DNA from: a virus
Taxonomy: Duplodnaviria > Caudoviricetes
Direction: 5' to 3' (one strand)
IMG/VR virus record: IMGVR_UViG_3300028906_000004
Span: 759 to 64,758 of that record
DNA length: 64,000 bases
Made by a program: the position numbers and the translations under genes. Shown here one piece after another: positions 28,985-38,634 of this stretch (position 1 is its first letter; each line of letters starts with the position of its first letter). The notes beneath the pieces are model-generated. The model did no database searches, was not told the origin of the DNA, and saw nothing but the letters and a program-made list of their open reading frames with translations.

Positions 28985-30753
28985 GATGTCTTCTCCTTGG
29001 TTGAGGTGTCTTCTTTGGTATCTTCAGGTTTTGGCTGTCTGGTGTCGCAAGGGATCTGTATTGACTTCGCATGAAAGTCAGAAGTCCTATTTCAAGATCC
29101 TTTAGCGAGCCAACATCGTCGTTGATAGTTTTGAAGGAATTTAGAAAATATGACATATCGATATCGCCGTTCAGGTAAATCGGATAGTTGTGGTACATTT
29201 TGCCGTGACGAAGCAGGTAATTGGGCTTCTCTGTTTCGGTTTTCTTTGTCATGGTGTCTCCTCCTCGGTTGGTACGTCGCGCCATTCGTAGGATTCGGAC
29301 AGACAGACGCCGATAGAGCCGTCGCCGTCCGTAACTGTTCGCAGCACCCAGCGTTGCTGCAGCACAAAGTCGAGCTGGGTGTAAGTGTAGCTTTCATGAA
29401 GTTTGCGCTTCCTGTAGCGCAGACGAGAAGTTGGCGATGCGACGATTTTGGTGGGGTAGTGCCCTAGAGTCATGCTGTTTCCTCCTTGTTCATGAATTCG
29501 GGCCAGGGTTGCTCTCCACGGAGGCATTTGTAGTATTCATTGATCGCGTCAATGATGATGCGGTCTCCGCTCCATCTGTTTCTGATAGTGAGTATGATAA
29601 ACACCATTTCCTCGATAGCTTCTTCTGCGTCTCCCATATGGTCGAGGTGAGTGATGCCGCGATAATGGTTGTCGTCGGTTAGGCAGTGTTTAAGACTTCC
29701 AGCCATAGAATTACTCCTTGGGTTGCTGTTGGCGGTGGAGCTTGCGGCAGAGCGGGCAGGTGGTGTCAGTTGGGGATAGAGTAAGCTGGAAGCGAGGGAC
29801 GCGGGCGGCGCAGAGAGCGATGCCGATGGAAGTCTCGGCGAGGATACGCTCGGCACGAGGGGACTGAAACCTTGACCCCCAGTACAGATGAATTGTTTTG
29901 GTCATGGTAGTGCGCCGTCGAGCATTTGACCGAGAGTAAGGTCGGCCAGTTTCATGAGATCGTGCTCGGCGTCGGCGAGACGAGTCCAGGCTTCCTTAGG
30001 AAGACAGGACGGGTGCTCGGCGCTGAGAATGTCTTTGCGAGCGTCGCGCCATTCGATGACTGCGGCCATGAGCGCCTGGGTATAGGCTTCCTTCATTTGC
30101 CGTCGTCCATGATTGAGAGGATGAGCTTGTCGTTGATGATTGTTTCGATGAGCAGGGCGGCGAAGGCGATGGGGCCTAATCCTCTCTTGCGGCCCTCGGT
30201 GGTGAGAATGGTGGTAGTGGGGTTGGTGAGGTGAAGGCGGAGGTCGCCTCGCAGGTGGTGCCAGTGGATTCTATGTTTGCAGGCTTCGACCTCGAAGGTT
30301 TCGAGGGAAGGAGCCCAGGGGAGGTCGCGTTCGGTGACCATGCGAGCCCAGGCCTCGGAGGCGGAGTAGCCTTGGTGGGCGTAGGCCTGGACTTTGACCA
30401 TGACCTCGGAAGTCCAGAGGGTGGGCGGGCCTTTGCGGGCTGTTGTCATAGGCTCTCTTTTTTGCGGTTGGCGCGCTGGAGGCGGGCACAGGCGCGGTTT
30501 TCGAGGAGGTGGCGTTGCTGGGCAAGGCGGGAGCGTAAGGCGTCTGTACGGGCTTGCCTGGCGATTATAGAGGAAAGGGTTTTGGCCTCGGGTGGGGTGA
30601 GGTAGGGCCACCAGCGGGATTGAGTAGGATTGGAGTCCTTTGGCATGCTTCTGCAAGTACGCCTCTTGTACACGGAATGCAAGTAGCGTATATGAGGCGG
30701 TGACGATGATTCCCGCGCCTCGGGGCAGTTCGGTGGGCAATGGAGAGACGGAA

Positions 30754-32409
30754 ATGACTAACCATCCGCGACGGAAGAAGCTGGCTATACCCGATTTGAG
30801 CAACGTAAGCACTAGAGGCGGCCACTCTTGGTCGCAAGGATCGAGAGGACTGCCCAGTGATCCACTCAAGTGGGAAGTGCTTGAGGGAGAGCCGGCATGG
30901 AGCGAGCAGCAGCAAACATTCTTGGATTGGTGCAAGCACGGTAAAGGCTCATGCGTGCTTGAGGCAGTTGCAGGCGCCGGCAAGACGACGGTGCTAATGG
31001 CTGGGGTTCGGCGATTGAGCGGGACTGTTGCGCTGATGGCGTTCAACAAGGACATTGCCGATGAGCTGAGTGCTCGTTTAACGAAGATGGAAATAGGGTG
31101 GCAGAGAGCCGTTGCGAAAACGGTGCATGGGTTTGGGTTTGCGGCGCTGAGGAAGGGGTTGGGTGGGAACGTTCGAGTGGACGGGAACAAGCTGCGGGCT
31201 TTGCTGGACGGGATGGTTGGGGAGGGACACAGTTTGGCGCAGTATCGAGGGGGGATGATTAAATTGGTGTCGCTGGCGAAGCAGAGTTTATTTGGAGTCC
31301 TTGAGCATCAGTTGATAGAGGACGAAGGGTTATGGATTGAGACGGCGGATTATTTCGACGTGTTCGACGATCCGAGGGGAGGGGGGCAGGTGCCGTTCGG
31401 CGAGCTGGTGCCGTTGTGTAGAAGGCTGCTGGAGGTGAGCAATCAGAAGCTGGATGTCGTCGATTTCGACGACATGATTTATCTGCCGTTGCTGTTGAAG
31501 ATGGATTTCTGGAAGTATGACAATATCCTGGTGGACGAGGCTGCAGATACCAATGCGGCTCGTCGAGCCCTAGTGCGTGCAATGCTGAAGAAAGGTGGAC
31601 GAGTAATCGCGGTAGGCGATCGGCATCAGGCAATTTACGGCTTCACTGGGGCCGACAATGACGCAATGGATTTGATTGCCGAAGATTTCGGCTGCGTTCA
31701 CCTGCCGCTGACTATCACATATCGTTGTCCGAGGAGGGTTGTCGATTTTGCGCGGCAGTGGGTGAGTCATATCACGGCGGCGGAGACTGCGCCGGAAGGG
31801 GAGGTGTCGAGTTGCAGTTTGGAGCAGTTTCTCAGTTACAGTGACTTGACGGCGGGGACGGCGGTGTTGTGTAGGTTGAATAAGCCGCTGGTGAAGCTGG
31901 CGTTTCAATTGATAAGGAAGCGGGTGCCTTGCCGGATTGAGGGGAGGGATAGCGTCGGCAAAGGGATAGTGCGGCTGATGCAGCGGTGGAAGGTGAAGAG
32001 TTTAGACGCCTTGGAAGGGAAGCTGGAGGAGCATCTGCGGCGGGAGACGACGAAGCTGACGGCGAAGAAGCAGGAGGAGAAGCTGGCCGTCGTTGAGGAT
32101 ATGGTCGAGACAGTGCAGGTAATTTTGGACCAGTGCAGGAGTGAGGGAAAGCACACTGTCGATGAAGCGGCTGCGTATGTCGATAGTTTGTTTGGGGATA
32201 AGGTGAAGGATCGGCTGGTGCTGAGTTCGATACACCGCGCGAAAGGGCGCGAGTTTAGGAGAGTGTTCTGGTTGGATAGGGCGGGGACTTGTCCGAGCAA
32301 GTGGGCGCGCAGCAGTTGGCAGCAGGATCAGGAAGTGAATTTGCAGTACGTGGCTGCAACGCGGGCGATGGATCGGCTGATCGATGTCGTGGTGGAGGGA
32401 GAGAGGTAA
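30754..32409 (+). CDS. UvrD/Rep-like SF1 helicase
   Basis: EAVAGAGKTT, MAFNK, ILVDEAAD, VGDRHQAIYGF, SIHRAKGRE, YVAATRA. Confidence 0.92.
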   Translation: MTNHPRRKKLAIPDLSNVSTRGGHSWSQGSRGLPSDPLKWEVLEGEPAWSEQQQTFLDWCKHGKGSCVLEAVAGAGKTTVLMAGVRRLSGTVALMAFNKDIADELSARLTKMEIGWQRAVAKTVHGFGFAALRKGLGGNVRVDGNKLRALLDGMVGEGHSLAQYRGGMIKLVSLAKQSLFGVLEHQLIEDEGLWIETADYFDVFDDPRGGGQVPFGELVPLCRRLLEVSNQKLDVVDFDDMIYLPLLLKMDFWKYDNILVDEAADTNAARRALVRAMLKKGGRVIAVGDRHQAIYGFTGADNDAMDLIAEDFGCVHLPLTITYRCPRRVVDFARQWVSHITAAETAPEGEVSSCSLEQFLSYSDLTAGTAVLCRLNKPLVKLAFQLIRKRVPCRIEGRDSVGKGIVRLMQRWKVKSLDALEGKLEEHLRRETTKLTAKKQEEKLAVVEDMVETVQVILDQCRSEGKHTVDEAAAYVDSLFGDKVKDRLVLSSIHRAKGREFRRVFWLDRAGTCPSKWARSSWQQDQEVNLQYVAATRAMDRLIDVVVEGER

Positions 32410-32797
32410 TGACAAAAGAAAATAGTCTTGCTGATTCTCTGGAAATGGCACTTATCAATTTAAGAAAGTTCAACAAGAAGAATACTGACGTGATGAATGC
32501 GACCTTTATGGCTGCTGCAATGGTCAACATCCTGCAGGCTATGTATATGATTGGGCCGGAGCGATTTCCGGTTATGAAGAAGATTCTTAAATCCAAGTCG
32601 GGGAAAAGAAAGTGAGCAGCTTCAATCGGGCGCAGTATCTGCGGGTGTATGAGATTGCGAAAAGAGTTTGGTGGATGGGAGAATTGATGCCGAAGGCAAA
32701 ACACGAGGAGGAGATAGGACGACTGGCGATGGAGCTGATGGATATGTGCGAGGGGGTGCTGGGGCAGTTGAATGACCGGCCGGATAGGAGGCGGTGA

Positions 32798-33079
32798 ATG
32801 GGCAAAAATTTTTGGTGGTTCAACAGGTTCAATCAAGTTGAGCTGGATGGGCCATTTTCTAGTGCAGCAGCAGCTAAGAGAGCTGTTGCCGGAACGTATA
32901 GTCAGATTCAAGGAGGCATGGCTTTTGATATTGCAGTCGTGACGATGAAGCCTGAGAGATATCAAGAGCTGGTGCGCGACAGTATCGTAGGCGAAGGATA
33001 CGTTGAAGGAGGAAAGTGGGTTGAAGGCAGGCGCGAGATTTCTCAGCAACAGGGATTTCCACAGGACAAGGAATTGTGA
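32798..33079 (+). CDS. hypothetical protein
   Basis: 93-aa ORF with GGAGG SD, in a run of small + strand genes (32409-33527). Confidence 0.5.
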   Translation: MGKNFWWFNRFNQVELDGPFSSAAAAKRAVAGTYSQIQGGMAFDIAVVTMKPERYQELVRDSIVGEGYVEGGKWVEGRREISQQQGFPQDKEL

Positions 33080-33616
33080 AGAGAGGAAAGAGCGGCGAAT
33101 CGGATAGGTGTTTGGTTTGAGGCAATCAAAGGGAGGCAGAGGTGTATAACTGGGACTACATTGAAAGTGACAAGGGCTGTCTGGTTTGGTGGCGGGATGG
33201 AAAGGTGGTGCGGCGGGAGGTGGACCCGATGCGGGTGAGGGGATTGGTGGAGATGGCGAGGAGCTTGCTCTGCGGGTGTATGCGGGATGGGAGTGAAGTT
33301 TGCGAGGAGCATGAGGATCGGAGAGTGGCATGAGGGACGATATCAAGGCGGCACTGATGAAGTTTGAGAATAAGCTTCATGCGGCAGTGCAGACCGACGC
33401 TGAGCTTGGCCGATTGGATTACAACGACGACAAGTGGGTGCGCTTGGAGCGTAAGTCGAAGCAGTTATGGGCTGATTCCAACGCTGCCAGGAAAGATCTG
33501 ACGGAACTGCTGGAAACAGTATCCTGAATGAAAACAATGAGTTGCTAGGTGAGATTGACGTTGGAGGGGAAATGAGCGTATAAGCTGCGGCTGGCGTTGG
33601 ATGTGAGCGGCGGCGG

Positions 33617-34078
33617 ATGGCCTGGGGCGTTGTCTATGCGCAGGCGCAGTGTGAACGGGTGGCGGGAAGGAACCTGGAGCGCCAGGGGTATGAGGTGTTT
33701 TTGCCGGAGTGTCAGACGCGAAAAGGCGTGCGTCCGTTGTTTCCCAGATATCTGTTCGTGTTGTTGGACCTGTATCGGTGGTGGCCGATTACGGGAACTA
33801 GAGGCGTGAGCGGGCTGCTGATGAATGGGGAGCGGCCGGGTGCGGTTGAAGATGAAGTGATAGAGGAGCTGAAGAGACGACGGGGAGACGAGGGGTTGGT
33901 GCGGTTGGAGAGGTTTGGGGTGGGGGATAGGGTGCGGGTGGATGAGGGGCCGTTCAGTGGACTTGAAGGGCTGGTGACGGGTAATAGCAGGCGCAGAGTG
34001 GAAGTGCTGTTGTCGATCATGAACCGAAAAGTGAAGCTTTCTGGATTGGGCGAAGATCAGCTTTCGTTTGTGGGATAA
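33617..34078 (+). CDS. NusG-family transcription (anti)termination factor (NGN + KOW)
   Basis: WGVVYAQ...LERQGYEVFLP...PLFPRYLFV...GTRGV; KOW motif GDRVRVDEGPFSGLEG...RVEVLLSIM. Confidence 0.9.
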   Translation: MAWGVVYAQAQCERVAGRNLERQGYEVFLPECQTRKGVRPLFPRYLFVLLDLYRWWPITGTRGVSGLLMNGERPGAVEDEVIEELKRRRGDEGLVRLERFGVGDRVRVDEGPFSGLEGLVTGNSRRRVEVLLSIMNRKVKLSGLGEDQLSFVG

Positions 34079-34087
34079 GGACAGCTT

Positions 34088-34290
34088 AGGAGTATCATCG
34101 GAGGACGGCCCGCCATCAACCTAGGTCTGTCTGTTGCGGCAGCGGGGAAAGGTGTCTGACGACACTGCTTGGGCCTATGCCATTTCGATGATACTCCTGA
34201 GTTGTTTTTAGTTTAGGTAGCTGAGAAATCAGTACCTTGTAGTGGAATGTAACCCTGCATTCCCTGCGGAAGCGTCTTAGGGGACGTTGA
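34088..34290 (+). ncRNA. structured late-operon leader RNA (multi-hairpin)
   Basis: 13-bp closing helix AGGAGTATCATCG (34088-34100) / CGATGATACTCCT (34186-34198) with an internal GGTGTC-TGAC-GACACT stem; GGTAGCTGA-GAAA-TCAGTACC (34216-34236); GGAATGT-AACCCT-GCATTCC (34244-34263). Confidence 0.5.
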
Positions 34291-34317
34291 AAATCAGATA
34301 GTTAGTGATGTTAAATC

Positions 34318-34671
34318 ATGCCTTTTCAGAAGGGTAATAAGCTTGGCGGCAGAGGCGGCATCAACATCGTCACTCAGCAGATTATTTCGCAGCTCAATGA
34401 GCTGAATAAGTTCAAGCGGGTGCCTAATCTTGATGTGATTGTTGAGCAGTTGATAACGCAGGCTGCGGGTTATGAAGTTACAGTTACAAAAAAGGTCAAG
34501 GGGAAAGAAATCAAGACGAAGGTCGAGATCCCCGGAGACCTCGCGGCCATTAAGGAAATTATCGACAGAGTGCAAGGGAAAGCGCCGCAGTCCGTTACCG
34601 TTGGCGGAGAAGAGGACGCTCCCATCGTCCAGATTATTAGGACAATCGTCCAGCCTCCCGGCAGGGATTAG
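34318..34671 (+). CDS. terS: terminase small subunit
   Basis: MPFQKGNKLGGRGG start, AIKEIIDRVQGKAPQSV motif, and position directly before TerL. Confidence 0.8.
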   Translation: MPFQKGNKLGGRGGINIVTQQIISQLNELNKFKRVPNLDVIVEQLITQAAGYEVTVTKKVKGKEIKTKVEIPGDLAAIKEIIDRVQGKAPQSVTVGGEEDAPIVQIIRTIVQPPGRD

Positions 34672-34684
34672 CCTGAAGTTTCCA

Positions 34685-35986
34685 GTGGCTGAAGTATTTG
34701 AGCCGTTATTAGGGGACGCTCGGTACAAGGGAGCGTGGGGCGGAAGAGGTAGCGGGAAAAGCCATCACTACGCGGAGGCTTTGGTAGAGCGGTGCCTGCT
34801 GAGGCCGCGAACGAGGTGGATTTGCGTTCGTGAGATACAGCAGACGCTGAAGCAGAGCAGCAAGCTGCTGATAGAAGACAAGATAAAAAATCAGGACTTG
34901 CAGAAGAAATTCAGAATCCTGGACGACCAGATAATTACGCCTGGTGACGGGGTGATTATCTTTTTGGGGATGCAGAATCATACATCAGATAGCATTAAGA
35001 GCCTTGAAGATTTTGACGGGGCTTGGGTGGACGAGGCGCATAGGCTCAGTGAGAAAAGTTTGGGGTTGCTGCGGCCGACGATAAGAAAACCTGGATCGGA
35101 GTTGTGGTTCAGCTGGAATCCTGAAAGTAAGAAAGACCCTGTTGAGAAGCTGCTGCGGCCGGAGAGGAGTGAGGATAGGCCGAGAGACTCTATCGTTGTC
35201 GAGGCGCATTGGTGGGATAATCCCTGGTTTCCGCAGGTGTTGCGCGAGGAAATGGAGTACGACAAGAGGCGTGATCCTGACCGCTATGCGCATGTCTGGC
35301 TGGGACAGTATCAGAAGGCTTCGCAGGCACGGGTGTTTTCGAACTGGAAGATTGAGAGTTTCGAGACGCCGAGTGACGCCCGGTTCTATTTCGGCGGTGA
35401 CTTTGGGTTCAGCATTGATCCTACAGTGTTGATACGATGCTGGATACGGGATCGGACTTTGTTTGTAGACTATGAGGCGTGGAAGATTGGTTGTGAGATT
35501 GATCATACCCCGGCTTTGTATGCGGGGAGTGATAGCGACGGGCGATGGGTTAATCCGTTGGAGTATGAGGGAATACCGGGGGCGACGCAGTGGCCGATAA
35601 TAGCGGATAGCAGTAATCCCCAGGCGATATCGTATTTACAGCGGTTTGGGTTTAATGTGCAGCCGGCGATCAAGGGGCCTGGCTCGATCGAGGAAGGGGT
35701 AACGTTCTTGAAGGGGTATGACATAGTCGTGCATCCGCGCTGCATGCATGTGGCGGATGAGATGAGCACGTATAGCTTCAAGGTTGATCCGAAGACTGAG
35801 GAAGTGCTGCCGGTACTTAGCGACAAGAAGAACCATACGATTGATTCGATGCGCTACGCCGTAGAGCTGCTGAGACGAAGTAGCTACGACACAAGCTACT
35901 CGTGGATAGGCACCGATGAGGAGCTGGGAAAGTACAGCATTATTCCCAAATCCAACAAAGGTTCGTGGAAAGATAAAGTCCCATGA
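34685..35986 (+). CDS. terL: terminase large subunit (PBSX-type); start codon uncertain (GTG 34685)
   Basis: RYKGAWGGRGSGKSH, CVREIQQTL, WVDEA, LRPTIRKPGSELWFSWNP, DFGFSIDP, NHTIDSMRYA. Confidence 0.95.
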   Translation: MAEVFEPLLGDARYKGAWGGRGSGKSHHYAEALVERCLLRPRTRWICVREIQQTLKQSSKLLIEDKIKNQDLQKKFRILDDQIITPGDGVIIFLGMQNHTSDSIKSLEDFDGAWVDEAHRLSEKSLGLLRPTIRKPGSELWFSWNPESKKDPVEKLLRPERSEDRPRDSIVVEAHWWDNPWFPQVLREEMEYDKRRDPDRYAHVWLGQYQKASQARVFSNWKIESFETPSDARFYFGGDFGFSIDPTVLIRCWIRDRTLFVDYEAWKIGCEIDHTPALYAGSDSDGRWVNPLEYEGIPGATQWPIIADSSNPQAISYLQRFGFNVQPAIKGPGSIEEGVTFLKGYDIVVHPRCMHVADEMSTYSFKVDPKTEEVLPVLSDKKNHTIDSMRYAVELLRRSSYDTSYSWIGTDEELGKYSIIPKSNKGSWKDKVP

Positions 35987-36447
35987 CGAAGAGAAAATAC
36001 AGTTTCTCTGAGCAGCACGGAATTAGAAGATGACAGCTTTCATAAATGCGGTGTCGTGTAAGGATGGGCACATTGGGCCGTTTGTACGCAGCAGTCACGT
36101 TGATGCAGGCGGCACGAGTGGAGTCATATGTCAGTGCTGTAACAAGTTTATTCGGGTGGTGGATCTTGAGAAGCCGGGGGTGTTGACGGATAAGGCGTCG
36201 AAGGAGCTGCCGGTTTGCCGGGGCGTTTCCTCATGAGGGCGAAGCGGCCAGTCCGATAACGGGAAGGGTTCCTGCGTGTCCTCGGCATAACGACATACTG
36301 TAACGTTCAAGGAACCCGAGGCCGTATTCAAATGAAACAGACGATACTTGGGGTGCTTCTTAAGCTTGAAGCGGATGCTCGGATACGAGGGTTTCAGATA
36401 GATAACAACTTCCATGGTCTGAGACAGCAGCTGAAGGACAGTTCCAA

Positions 36448-36702
36448 ATGAATGGCATGAACAAAACGTGTGGGCAATGTGCGTTTGCTGAGGTGTTGAA
36501 GCAGGATATGACGAAGCGGACGTGTTACGGCGTGCCGCCGGTTATGATTCTGATGCCTGGGCCTAAGCAAGGGATGGTGGGGTTGAGCGCGCAGCAGCCG
36601 ATAGTGAGTGTTGGACGGCGAAGTTGCGGATTGTTTCAAGAGAAGACGGCGATGCAGCTGGCTGAGGAAGTGCGGCCGGAAGTGGCGGAGACGAAGCAGT
36701 AA
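36448..36702 (+). CDS. small Cys-containing hypothetical protein
   Basis: CGQCAF...TCYGVPP...RSCGLF; AAGGA SD. Confidence 0.6.
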   Translation: MNGMNKTCGQCAFAEVLKQDMTKRTCYGVPPVMILMPGPKQGMVGLSAQQPIVSVGRRSCGLFQEKTAMQLAEEVRPEVAETKQ

Positions 36703-38633
36703 TGGCACTGGGTAGGATATTCGATCAGTGGGCTGTCTTGGACCCGCAGCGAGAGAGGCAGCAGGCCGAGGCTGGAGTCGGCGGCCTGGTGCTTGATCAA
36801 TGGGCGGTGCTTGATCCTGCGCGGTTTAGGTCGAAAGTTGAAGAAGCGTTGAACTCGACGACGGTGTTCACTCCGATAGCGTTGCTGGACACGTTTGTCA
36901 GTGAGCTGGAGATAGAGGGAGCTGGAGGGTCTCCTGCAGTAGCGTTCGACGGTAATACTAAGCTCGTCTGTCCCGCCCTGGAGGGAACGGACAACGGCAA
37001 GCTGACGATGTCGTTGTGGTTCAAATACGGCTCGTCAGGCGGGGGTGTCGCTTTTATTCAGCCTCACTTAGACAACGTAGTGATAAACATCGGGGCGAAG
37101 TCAGGGGACATACCAGATGGAACCTTTACGGTACAGGCTGGAGGGGAACTAAATGACAGTACGCCACAGGCGACCGGGAACTGGAACGGGATCACCCTCT
37201 CTCTCGACGCCAGTAAAATGTACACGCAATTATTCGGCGGTGACGTGTACTCGTCGGCCGATACTGGGGTTACCTGGACTGACAGAGCGGCGGCGGGAGC
37301 GAGGTTCTGGGTGCTTGGCGATTGCTCGGACGACGGCGCGACCGTCTATATGTGCGAGCAGTGGGGCTTCATCTACAAATCGACCGACAGCGGAGTTAGT
37401 TGGACGCGGCTGAGGGGAGCGGGACTGCCGCTTGGCGGATTGGCGGCGTGGCAGCAGGTTTCCTGCTCATCTGATGGATCAGTTGTGGCAGCGATCGTCG
37501 GCTCGGTTGCACAAGGTTACATCTACGTTTCCCACGACGGGGGCGACACCTGGACACAAATAACGGCGTTGGGGAAACAAACCTGGTTTTCGGTGACTGT
37601 GTCGGGAGACGGAACCAGAATTGCCGTCTTTAGCGCCCCATTCAGCTTCACGGGAGCGCCTGGCGACGACGGTTTCGTCCACGTTTCGACAGACGGGGGA
37701 ACCACCTGGACGGCCGCGACTCTAACCGCCGCGAACGACACCGGCTCACCGACCAACGCGGTTAAGTACTCGCGCGACGGAAGCCATCTCTACGCGGCGG
37801 TCGGGAACAACGGAACGCCGAGCGGAATTTGGGTTTCCCCGGACGACGGCGCGACCTGGACGCAGCGTGCATTTACGATCCCGGCCGGCGCGATCTATGT
37901 CTCCTGCTCCACGGACGGCTCAACTGTTATAGCCGCTGGGGGTGGAGCTTACGCCTACATCTCGACCGACTTCGGGGCGACGTGGACCCGGCAGGATACA
38001 CTGGGACCAATAGGCTGGGTCGGTGTGGATGCCAGCGGAGATGGAAGTGTCTTAGCCGCGACCCAATTCGGCGGCAACCTCTTCACCTACGCAAGCGGGA
38101 CCTGGACACAGCAAAACGGACTCACATCAAACCAGAATCTCAGTGGCGCGCAACTATTGTTAGGAAACTATAACACTAGCGCATGGCCGCCAGCGAGCGA
38201 CGACAATTGGCACCATCTATTGTTATCTGGGGACGCTGGAACGGAAACTCTTACCGGCTATCTGGACGATGTTAAGATTGACCCAGCAACTTATTTTCTG
38301 GCGTCCTCGCCGCCACCGACGAGTTTATTCAACACGGACCTGGACTTTTGGATAGGCGGCACTATGAGCCAAGGTTTCCTCGGCTCGCTCGCTGACTTCT
38401 TCATCTACGCTGGCCTCTCGCTGCTCGACGGCAGTGGGGATATTCCGGTAGCGCAGCGGCGAAATTTTATCACTGCTGCGTTGAAGCCTGTTGATCCAGC
38501 AGTGACAGTGGGGGCGCTGGGAGAGGCTACGGTGCAGTTGTCGGGAGATGCGTCTACGTTTGGAACTAATCAGGGAAATGGTGGTGAGTTTTTGGTGGCG
38601 AGCGGTGCTTTGACTGATGCGGCGGGGCCTTAA
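36702..38633 (+). CDS. virion-associated beta-propeller protein (BNR/Asp-box repeats) with LamG-like flanks
   Basis: Repeated SxDxGxTW boxes (SADTGVTW, STDSGVSW, SHDGGDTW, STDGGTTW, SPDDGATW, STDFGATW); DNWHHLLLS LamG-like motif. Confidence 0.75.
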   Translation: MALGRIFDQWAVLDPQRERQQAEAGVGGLVLDQWAVLDPARFRSKVEEALNSTTVFTPIALLDTFVSELEIEGAGGSPAVAFDGNTKLVCPALEGTDNGKLTMSLWFKYGSSGGGVAFIQPHLDNVVINIGAKSGDIPDGTFTVQAGGELNDSTPQATGNWNGITLSLDASKMYTQLFGGDVYSSADTGVTWTDRAAAGARFWVLGDCSDDGATVYMCEQWGFIYKSTDSGVSWTRLRGAGLPLGGLAAWQQVSCSSDGSVVAAIVGSVAQGYIYVSHDGGDTWTQITALGKQTWFSVTVSGDGTRIAVFSAPFSFTGAPGDDGFVHVSTDGGTTWTAATLTAANDTGSPTNAVKYSRDGSHLYAAVGNNGTPSGIWVSPDDGATWTQRAFTIPAGAIYVSCSTDGSTVIAAGGGAYAYISTDFGATWTRQDTLGPIGWVGVDASGDGSVLAATQFGGNLFTYASGTWTQQNGLTSNQNLSGAQLLLGNYNTSAWPPASDDNWHHLLLSGDAGTETLTGYLDDVKIDPATYFLASSPPPTSLFNTDLDFWIGGTMSQGFLGSLADFFIYAGLSLLDGSGDIPVAQRRNFITAALKPVDPAVTVGALGEATVQLSGDASTFGTNQGNGGEFLVASGALTDAAGP

Positions 38634-38634
38634 G

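Noticed and set aside
30093-33346. Long Pro/Ser-rich minus-strand ORFs (365 aa and 363 aa)
   Set aside because: Products of the G-rich + strand. Only the C-terminal part of 30093..31190 (from MTTARKG, about 30449) looks like a real gene.
36702-38633. Diversity-generating retroelement target
   Set aside because: No reverse transcriptase or template/variable repeat pair is visible in the window.
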